From Planctomycetia bacterium (lineage in GTDB: Bacteria; Planctomycetota; Planctomycetia; Pirellulales; PALSA-1355): a stretch of DNA of 60,825 nucleotides. The notes under the pieces are model-generated. The model was not told where the DNA came from and ran no database searches. It was given only the letters and a program-made list of their open reading frames with translations. The stretch spans positions 1 to 60,825 of the forward strand of contig JBGQKM010000001.1 in assembly GCA_041499515.1 (NCBI GenBank), read 5' to 3'. Position 1 is the first letter of the stretch; each line of letters starts with the position of its first letter. Both the position numbers and the translations under genes were made by a program. Of the stretch, positions 37,337-43,871 are shown piece by piece.

Positions 37337-38074
37337 TTAGTTGTTCCTCGGAATGAGTTGGACGCCTTGTTTGTGCAACCACCGCAAAAACTGGGCTGGC
37401 CTATTGATCGTCGGAGGCACCGCGCTGCGCTGAATAAAGCCGTCTTTCACCGACAAGCCGCCCCAATCGTCTAGGATGTCCTGTCGAACGCGATATGCGC
37501 GGCCGCGCCACTCCCCAATGGGGATACATCGGTCGAACCGACCCGATAAATCAGGCTTGGCTCGCACAACAATGTCGGTCTCACCTCGCCTCGACTTGCG
37601 GACGTGCGCGTTCTCATGCCACCGTTCGCGTGGAACATCGGCCACGCCTACCACGTCCTGTACAACGTACATGCCCAGTAGGGCATAGATTAGTTTGTGT
37701 TCGCAACAGTGAACCGGGTGCAAACCGCCGTAAAACACCAACAGGTCACCTTCACTCATGTTCGCCATCCCGGCCCCACGACGATCCCCATCATCGCCGT
37801 AGGTCAGAAAGTCGAAGTCTGGGTCCAAGTGCATGGGATACTGAAGCAAATCCTGCGGGAATCGCAGGTCGTCGCGCAGGTCGCAATCGTGTAGGCCACA
37901 AAAGCTTTGCAGGGCTGGGAGTATCTCGCCGTAACGGCGTTCAAGACCCTCGTGGAATGGGGTACCGAGATTCTCGGGTATCGGCACGTATACGAACCGC
38001 CGCTCAGCATCGACGGGGGCATTCCAGCCGCCATATGCTTGATCGACGCCGATTCTGACGAGTAATGCCTTCAT
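37337..38074 (-). CDS. Uncharacterised protein 'A' (first gene of the A-B pair)
   Basis: MKALLVRIGVDQAYGGWNAPVD...FVYVPIPE, DPDFDFLTYGDD, EGDLLVFYGGLHPVHCCEHKLIYALLGMYVV. Lower-GC codon usage. The ORF is open to 38170, but that start lies inside the 22-bp repeat, so ATG 38074 is preferred. Confidence 0.65.
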   Translation of the reverse strand: MKALLVRIGVDQAYGGWNAPVDAERRFVYVPIPENLGTPFHEGLERRYGEILPALQSFCGLHDCDLRDDLRFPQDLLQYPMHLDPDFDFLTYGDDGDRRGAGMANMSEGDLLVFYGGLHPVHCCEHKLIYALLGMYVVQDVVGVADVPRERWHENAHVRKSRRGETDIVVRAKPDLSGRFDRCIPIGEWRGRAYRVRQDILDDWGGLSVKDGFIQRSAVPPTINRPAQFLRWLHKQGVQLIPRNN

Positions 38075-38154
38075 GTTTTCGCGCTTTTGTGTTGGCTCTA
38101 TTGTCGCTGATACGAAACTGCGGTTAATCGTTATCGCGTAATCGGTTCGACCCA

Positions 38155-38176
38155 ACACGCATTGACGCATTGCATC
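38155..38176. repeat. 22-bp perfect direct repeat, copy 1 (ACACGCATTGACGCATTGCATC)
   Basis: An identical 22-mer recurs at 39168-39189. The two copies bracket the EcsC-family gene. Confidence 0.9.
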
Positions 38177-38187
38177 TCGGCGTCAAT
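38161..38187. promoter_or_regulatory. Inverted repeat ATTGACGC-N11-GCGTCAAT in the A / EcsC divergent intergenic region (candidate operator; contains a TTGACG -35-like hexamer)
   Basis: 8-bp arms at 38161-38168 and 38180-38187. The left arm lies inside direct-repeat copy 1. TTGACG at 38162-38167, with an AT-rich ATGATATTT about 17-19 nt downstream. Confidence 0.4.
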
Positions 38188-38237
38188 GATATTTGTCTCA
38201 GGCCGCGTCCGAATTGTCTGTCCCGTAAGCACTCGAT

Positions 38238-39101
38238 ATGCACGAGCCGCAAAAACCGCTGTCAGCCGAAGACTTGCGCTTTATAGATGAGGCTGCGCTC
38301 TACCTGGAAGAACCACGATTCCTTATGAAGGTCGCCAATCTCGTCGGCAAGCCCGCCGAGTGGGCTCTTACCGTGCTGCCAAAAAAGGCGCACGCTTTGG
38401 TGAGCGACGCGACTCAATCGGCGCTGAATGGTGCCTTGTACGTAGGCGTGCGCAGCTTGACGAGCCACAGGATACTGGCCGCTGGCCCGCGCGTTCACGT
38501 TACGCTGACCGCGATTGCCGGGGCCGTCGGCGGGCTGTTCGGCTTGTTCGGCGCGGCAGTGGAAATACCCCTCACGACCACGCTGATGATGCGCTCGATC
38601 GCCCAAATCGCCAAGGGAAACGGGTCCGACTTGGCCGATCCGGAAACGCTGATGCAATGCCTTTCAGTTTTCAGCTTCGGCGCGCCCAACCTTGAAGCTA
38701 TGGAATCGGCATTTCTTTCCGCGCGTTTTGCCTTGGCAGAAGAGGTGAAGCGCGCGGCGGCCTTTGTTGCCGGTCGCACCGCCGAGGGGATCGCTACGGC
38801 TGTGAAGAATGGTGCCGCCCCGGCGTTAGTGAACCTTCTCAATAAAATCGCCGCTCGATTTCAGATTCAGGTTACTGAGAAGCTGGCTGCCGAAGCGATA
38901 CCCATTGCCGGTGCCCTTGGGGGTGCGCTCATCAACGCCGCATTCACCGATCACTTTAATCGCGTGGCCGAATTTCATTTCGGTATCGTGCGGCTCGAAC
39001 GCCAGTCCGGTCAAGACGTTGTTCAGGCTGCATATCTCAAAGCCGTCGAGCGAGCGAAGCAGCGCCGACGCCCCAACGATCCGAACGCCGGCAGCACGTG
39101 A
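38238..39101 (+). CDS. EcsC family protein (orphan; no ecsA/ecsB-like ABC genes nearby)
   Basis: N-terminal LSAEDLRFIDEAALYLEEPRFLMKVANLVGKPAEWALTVLP, central Gly-rich hydrophobic segments (GAVGGLFGLFGAAVEIPLTTTLMMRSIAQIAKGNG) and a C-terminal IPIAGALGGALINAAFTDHF. The pattern is as I remember it for EcsC-family proteins. Not searched. Confidence 0.6.
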   Translation: MHEPQKPLSAEDLRFIDEAALYLEEPRFLMKVANLVGKPAEWALTVLPKKAHALVSDATQSALNGALYVGVRSLTSHRILAAGPRVHVTLTAIAGAVGGLFGLFGAAVEIPLTTTLMMRSIAQIAKGNGSDLADPETLMQCLSVFSFGAPNLEAMESAFLSARFALAEEVKRAAAFVAGRTAEGIATAVKNGAAPALVNLLNKIAARFQIQVTEKLAAEAIPIAGALGGALINAAFTDHFNRVAEFHFGIVRLERQSGQDVVQAAYLKAVERAKQRRRPNDPNAGST

Positions 39102-39167
39102 GCGCACGATCCGAAAGGAGGAGCAAGAGTTGGCTGCGCTTTTGTGATGGCCCATTAGAGAAGACCG

Positions 39168-39189
39168 ACACGCATTGACGCATTGCATC
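39168..39189. repeat. 22-bp perfect direct repeat, copy 2
   Basis: ACACGCATTGACGCATTGCATC, 67 nt downstream of the EcsC stop codon. The flank GACC(G)ACACGC also partly matches the copy-1 flank GACCCAACACGC. Confidence 0.9.
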
Positions 39190-39494
39190 ATGCGATCACA
39201 GCAACAGCGCATCGGGCGGTTTGATCCCCGCGTCCCCGTCCGGCCGCTGACTAGGACTAGCCGAAAATGGGCTGCGCGCGCCAAGCTAAAACGCTGTGAT
39301 TATCACCACTTTTTAACCCCACCCGCCCGCTGCCTGTCAATCACAATCGGCAAAATCAGCATCATTTCTTGGTGCTCAAGGGCCTGTCCTAGCGTATCCC
39401 GCTAGCTCTCAAAGCCGATTCCATGCGTATATGTATGGCCGAACCGCGGCCGCTGTCAACGATCCTGTCACTGCTCACCTGCCCGGAGCCAGGA

Positions 39495-39677
39495 TCATGC
39501 CACGCAAACGATCAACTCCCGAGCGCCGATGGTTGCTCGGCCAGCTCCGCAAACAAAGTTCGGATAAGCGGCATGCGCGGCGGCCCAGGCCGAAACCGCG
39601 CAGGTGATAGCCACCAACGTAAGCACGCTTTGAAGAATGCGCGACGCGCGGGGATGCGTGGGATGGCATGTCTGCAT
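39495..39677 (-). CDS. Candidate small secreted peptide (60 aa); weak call
   Basis: MQTCHPTHPRASRILQSVLTLVAITCAVSAWAAAHA|AYPNFVCGAGRATIGARELIVCVA has a plausible n-h-c signal peptide with an AxA site. It is the tail of a long shadow ORF in an otherwise non-coding ~900-bp gap. No RBS or homology evidence. Confidence 0.2.
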   Translation of the reverse strand: MQTCHPTHPRASRILQSVLTLVAITCAVSAWAAAHAAYPNFVCGAGRATIGARELIVCVA

Positions 39678-39741
39678 GATGCAGGGAGTCCGTCGTTCGA
39701 TTCGCCCCGGCGCTGACGGCCGTTTCGCTTGCGTAAATCTT

Positions 39742-39885
39742 CTCATACCCGACTCGCAAATTCCAGTTCCGTGCGATGAGGAAAGTACAAATCCGCACAG
39801 CTTCCCGTACACCGTTTCGCACAGCAACAACCTGCTGTCGGGCCTGAAAACGGCGCAAAACACGAGGGTACCATTTTCTCGATTT
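39742..39885 (+). repeat. ~144-nt intergenic repeat, copy 1 (5' of DUF1501 gene)
   Basis: Aligns without net gaps to 41561-41704, with about 21 mismatches (~85% identity) by hand count. Contains three CCGCACA-type sub-repeats spaced 12-14 nt apart and the hairpin ACAGC-N8-GCTGT. Confidence 0.85.
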
Positions 39886-40094
39886 GGGCAGTGGGTTTGC
39901 ATTCGCGTCGACGATCTTTCACAATAGGAAAACCAGCGGGATCGACGGCGAACTTCGGTTCGCGCGGCGAACGAACCAGGGCGACCACCGGGGACCCGGC
40001 AAAACGTGGACAGCGAGCTTGCACGATGGCGCCTATTTCGCGCGGATTGAAATAAGCAGCCCGCAACGGCTCGCTCCGGCGCGAGGGAGAACTT

Positions 40095-41483
40095 TTGGTG
40101 CTTACGATTTTCGGAAACCGACAACGACCCTTCTGCGATGGGATTTCGCGCCGCAGCTTTTTGCGGATCGGTTCGCTCGGGCTGGGCGGGCTGTCCATGG
40201 CCCGGTTGCTGCGCGCCGAGGCGCAGGCGGGGCGCGGGGTGACGAACCGTTCGGTCATCATTGTTTATCTGCCGGGCGGGCCCACGCAGCACGAAACGTT
40301 CGATCCCAAGCCGGGCGCCCCGCTCGAAGTTCGTGGGTCGTTCAGGCCGGCCAGCACCAGCATCCCCGGCGTTCAGTTTTGCGAAACACTCCCCAAGCTG
40401 TCTCGGATTGCGGACAAGTATTCGATCGTGCGGACGCTGACGGGGATGAAGAACCGCCACGAATCGTTCCAGTGTTATACGGGGCGTCCGGGGGGCAAAA
40501 GCGAAGACAACGAACCGGCCGGCGGCTGGCCGGGGTTTGGGTCGATGGTCTCCAGCGTGCTTCCGCCGGCTGCCGACGGCATGATTCCCTATGTCGATGC
40601 CTCGCCAAAAATGCCGTATGGCCCCTACAACAACCGCGGCCTGCACGACGGAAGCGCCAAGGAGTCGTGGCCCGGGTTTACCGGCCCTCGGCACATCCCG
40701 TTCGCGCTGGAAGGGGAAGTGAAAGCCGATTTGGTGCTCAATGGCATCGATCGTTCGATGCTTGCCGATCGACGCGCGCTGCTCTCGGCGCTTGGGCGTT
40801 ATCAGGATCGATTCAACGTGGATGGCCTGGACAAGTTCCAGCAACAAGCATTCGAGTTGCTTACGTCGAGTCGCCTGGCCACGGCGTTGGATCTGGAAAA
40901 GGAGGATCCCAAAGTTCGAGCGCGCTATGGCGAAAGCCAGGAGACCCACCCGAGTTATGGCGGGGCTCCGCAGAATCCCCAGAATCTCTTGTTGGCTCGT
41001 CGAATCGTCGAGGCCGGTGTGCGTTGCGTCAGCGTCGCCTTTGGCGCTTGGGATTGGCACGGCACCCAACGCGACGGGAGCCTTGAGTATCACTCGAAAA
41101 AATATCTGCCGGTTTTCGACCATGCCCTGTCGGTGTTCCTGAGCGATCTGGCCGAGCGGGGGCTACTCGAAACCGTTTCGGTCGTCGTATGGGGAGAGTT
41201 TGGACGTACGCCTCGAATCAACACGCAGGCCGGCCGCGACCACTGGCCGGGCACGCAATCCGTTTTGCTGGCGGGGGGCGGAATTCAGGGGGGGCGAATC
41301 ATCGGCAAGACCGACAGCCTGGGAGGCGTGCCCGTCGAGCGCCCGGTGCATGTCCAGGAAGTTTTTGCCTCGCTCTACCGCAACCTGGGAATCGACGTGA
41401 ACACCGTCACCGTCCGCGATCTGAACGGCCGTCCGAATTTTCTGGTCGACGAGAATCGCCAGCCGATCGACGAGTTGTATTAG
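40095..41483 (+). CDS. DUF1501 domain protein (second copy; Tat-type signal)
   Basis: SRRSFLRIGSLGLGG, VYLPGGPTQHETFDPKP, GRDHWPG. GAGGGAGA Shine-Dalgarno-like sequence at ~40083-40090. Start is TTG 40095 or GTG 40098. Confidence 0.85.
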   Translation: MVLTIFGNRQRPFCDGISRRSFLRIGSLGLGGLSMARLLRAEAQAGRGVTNRSVIIVYLPGGPTQHETFDPKPGAPLEVRGSFRPASTSIPGVQFCETLPKLSRIADKYSIVRTLTGMKNRHESFQCYTGRPGGKSEDNEPAGGWPGFGSMVSSVLPPAADGMIPYVDASPKMPYGPYNNRGLHDGSAKESWPGFTGPRHIPFALEGEVKADLVLNGIDRSMLADRRALLSALGRYQDRFNVDGLDKFQQQAFELLTSSRLATALDLEKEDPKVRARYGESQETHPSYGGAPQNPQNLLLARRIVEAGVRCVSVAFGAWDWHGTQRDGSLEYHSKKYLPVFDHALSVFLSDLAERGLLETVSVVVWGEFGRTPRINTQAGRDHWPGTQSVLLAGGGIQGGRIIGKTDSLGGVPVERPVHVQEVFASLYRNLGIDVNTVTVRDLNGRPNFLVDENRQPIDELY

Positions 41484-41560
41484 CCCAAGACGCCTGAAAT
41501 CGGTCGTTCGATTCGCTGGAACGGGTGATGGCCGTTGGGGCCGCGACAATCTTTTCGTTT

Positions 41561-41704
41561 CTCATGCCCGGCTCGCAAATTCCAGTTCCGGACGATGGCG
41601 GAAAGACAAATCCGCACAGCTTCCCGCACATCCTTCCGCACAGCGACAACCTGCTGTCGGGCCTGAAAACGGCCCATAACCCAAGGGCACGATTTCCTCG
41701 ATTT
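41561..41704 (+). repeat. ~144-nt intergenic repeat, copy 2 (5' of radical SAM gene)
   Basis: See copy 1. Same orientation. Begins 78 nt after the DUF1501 stop and ends ~100 nt before ATG 41804. Confidence 0.85.
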
Positions 41705-41803
41705 TTCGGTGTGCGGTGCCCGAATTGAGGATAACAGGTATCCAGGTTTGCGCGATCGGATTGGTTTGCCGCGCGGTTGTCCATTCGTGAGAGAGCAACG
41801 CAC

Positions 41804-42763
41804 ATGAGCAACGTACCCGTGACCTACGGCATCACGCAGCGGATCGATGCGATTACCCGAATTCCACCGGAACGCCGCCAGGCGGCCCCGCCGATTCCGC
41901 GCAGCGTGAAGATCGAGATGACCGCGCGCTGCGACTTCAATTGTTTCTTCTGCGCCACCGCCAAGCGGCTGCGTCGCAAGGCCGATATCGAACCCGAGTT
42001 CTTCCGCCGGATCGTGCGCGAAATACGCGACGCGGGCGTGGAAGAATTGGGCGTTTTCTATCTGGGCGAATCGTTCCTCTGCTCGTGGCTGCCCGACGCG
42101 ATCCGCTTTGCCAAACAGGAATGCGGGTTTCCTTACGTCTTTCTGACGACCAACGGCCGGCTCGCGACGCCGGACCGCGTGGCCGCCTGCATGGCTGCGG
42201 GCCTCGATAGCCTCAAGTTCAGTTTCAACAACGCCGACGCCGAGCAATTCACGGCCGTGACTCAAGTACCGGGCAAGGAATTTTTCACCGTGGTCGAGAA
42301 CCTCAAGTCGGCCCGGCGGGTGCGCGACGAAGGCGGATACAAGTGCGGCTTGTATGCGTCGAGCATTCGCTACGACGGCGAACAATTGACGCGCATGGAA
42401 GCCGCCGTCGAAGAGATTCGGCCGTATGTCGACGAACACTATTGGCTGCCCCTGTATGGTCAGGCGGGCCTGACCGCCGGCGCCAATGGCACGGTCCCGG
42501 TCGCGGGAAACCCTGGGCGGCTGGAAGCCATGCGCGATCCGATCCCTTGCTGGTCGATCTTCACCGAAGGCCACATTACTTACGACGGCCGCTTGTCGGC
42601 CTGTTGCTTCGACCACGATGGACGCTTTACGATGGGCGACCTGACGACCACCCGTTTCGCCGAAGCCTGGAACAGCGCGCCGTTTCAAGAGCTGCGCCAA
42701 GCCCATCTGCGCGGCAGCGTCTGCGGCACCGTCTGCGAAGGCTGCATCGCCTACCACGGCTGA
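41804..42763 (+). CDS. Radical SAM / SPASM-domain protein
   Basis: CDFNCFFC is the CxxxCxxC 4Fe-4S/SAM motif. The C-terminal Cys-rich SPASM-like region is PCWS...SACCFDHDG...GSVCGTVCEGC. The ORF is open from 41777. Confidence 0.85.
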   Translation: MSNVPVTYGITQRIDAITRIPPERRQAAPPIPRSVKIEMTARCDFNCFFCATAKRLRRKADIEPEFFRRIVREIRDAGVEELGVFYLGESFLCSWLPDAIRFAKQECGFPYVFLTTNGRLATPDRVAACMAAGLDSLKFSFNNADAEQFTAVTQVPGKEFFTVVENLKSARRVRDEGGYKCGLYASSIRYDGEQLTRMEAAVEEIRPYVDEHYWLPLYGQAGLTAGANGTVPVAGNPGRLEAMRDPIPCWSIFTEGHITYDGRLSACCFDHDGRFTMGDLTTTRFAEAWNSAPFQELRQAHLRGSVCGTVCEGCIAYHG

Positions 42764-43007
42764 TCGCGAAAAAAGGGGTCGGGAGTCTTTTCCGGCCGGC
42801 GCGCTATCGCGCCCCGGGACGATCCGAAAACCGCATCTCCGTTTCCGGCGGAAGTTCCAGGCCAATGAGGTTTTTTGCCGGCGAAGAATTTAGCTCCCCG
42901 CGCGACGTCCAAACCGACCGGGCATCTGGTACAATTCTGGGCTTGGATCGTCCCAAAGGGCCTGCAACGCGCGCCGTCGCTCTGGCCGAGTGGCGGTATT
43001 TCCAGCC

Positions 43008-43871
43008 ATGAAAGTCTTCAACTGTGTAGCCATCGTGGGCGTCGGACTGATCGGAGGATCGGTCGGCCTGGCTCTGCGCCAGCGCAATCTGGCCAAGAAG
43101 GTGATCGGCGCCGGCTCGCGGCCGGCCACCTTGGACACCGCCCTGCAATTGGGCGCGATCAGCGCGATCGCCGGCGATCTGAAAGGCGCCGTGGCCGAAG
43201 CCGACCTGGTCGTGGTTTGCGCGCCGGTCGGACATATCATCGACCAGGTTCGCCAGATCGCCTCGCTCTGCCGGCCGGGCACGCTGATCACCGACGCCGG
43301 CAGCACCAAGGCGGAAATCGTCAATCAGCTCGAACAGGCCGCGGCCAGCGATCGGGCGTGGAATCGCGAGGTCCGCTTTGTCGGCAGCCATCCGCTGGCC
43401 GGCAACGAGAAAAAAGGGCCGCAGCACGCCCGCGTCGATTTGTTTGCCGGTCGAACGGTCGTGCTCACGCCCACGGCCAGCACGCGCAGCGAAGATTGCC
43501 AGACGCTGGCGGATTTTTGGACCGGCCTGGGGGCTCGGGTGGTGCAAATGCCGGCCGACGAGCACGATCGGGCCTTGGCGGCGACCAGCCACCTGCCGCA
43601 CCTGCTCTCAGCAGCCATTGCGGCCTCGACGCCCGAGCAGTACGTTACGCTTACGGCCGGCGGTTGGCAGGATACGACGCGTATCGCGGCCGGCGACCCC
43701 CTGTTGTGGCGGCAGATCATGCTGGCCAATCGAGCCCACTTGCTGGCCTCGCTGGACCGCTTCACCCGACAGCTGGCCGATTGGCGTAAAGTGCTGGACA
43801 CAGGCGATGCCGTGGAATTGGAGCGACTTCTGAGAGAGGCCAAGCGTATCCGAGATGCTGTGGGAAGTTGA
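43008..43871 (+). CDS. tyrA: Prephenate/arogenate dehydrogenase
   Basis: N-terminal Rossmann [17 protein letters not shown], catalytic region [14 protein letters not shown], and a C-terminal dimerisation helix region. Confidence 0.85.
   Translation: MKVFNCVAIVGVGLIGGSVGLALRQRNLAKKVIGAGSRPATLDTALQLGAISAIAGDLKGAVAEADLVVVCAPVGHIIDQVRQIASLCRPGTLITDAGSTKAEIVNQLEQAAASDRAWNREVRFVGSHPLAGNEKKGPQHARVDLFAGRTVVLTPTASTRSEDCQTLADFWTGLGARVVQMPADEHDRALAATSHLPHLLSAAIAASTPEQYVTLTAGGWQDTTRIAAGDPLLWRQIMLANRAHLLASLDRFTRQLADWRKVLDTGDAVELERLLREAKRIRDAVGS

Noticed and set aside
39885-39901. Sigma-54-like -24/-12 element (GG-N10-GC; GGGCAGTGGGTTTGCA) upstream of the second DUF1501 gene.
   Set aside because: It is a single imperfect match about 195 nt from the start codon. 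It is absent from the second copy of the 144-nt repeat, and no enhancer-binding-protein gene is nearby. It is kept only as a note inside the non-coding-gap finding.
39495-41123. 542-aa minus-strand ORF.
   Set aside because: It is antisense to the well-supported DUF1501 gene, has an Arg/Pro/Gly-rich low-information translation, and runs across the non-coding 144-nt repeat. It is a typical shadow ORF of high-GC DNA. Only its last 60 codons are kept as a very weak small-peptide candidate.
40095-42763. The idea that the radical SAM/SPASM enzyme is an anaerobic-sulfatase-maturase-like partner for the sulfatase-fold DUF1501 protein.
   Set aside because: I could not find a (C/S)xPxR formylglycine target motif in either DUF1501 sequence. 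The corresponding region reads GGPTQHETFDPKP / GGPSQIDLYDLKP. The radical SAM protein is also shorter than the typical anSME I remember. Adjacency alone is insufficient.
41480-42865. 461-aa minus-strand ORF.
   Set aside because: It is antisense to the radical SAM/SPASM gene, which has unambiguous CxxxCxxC and SPASM motifs. No recognisable motif; shadow ORF.
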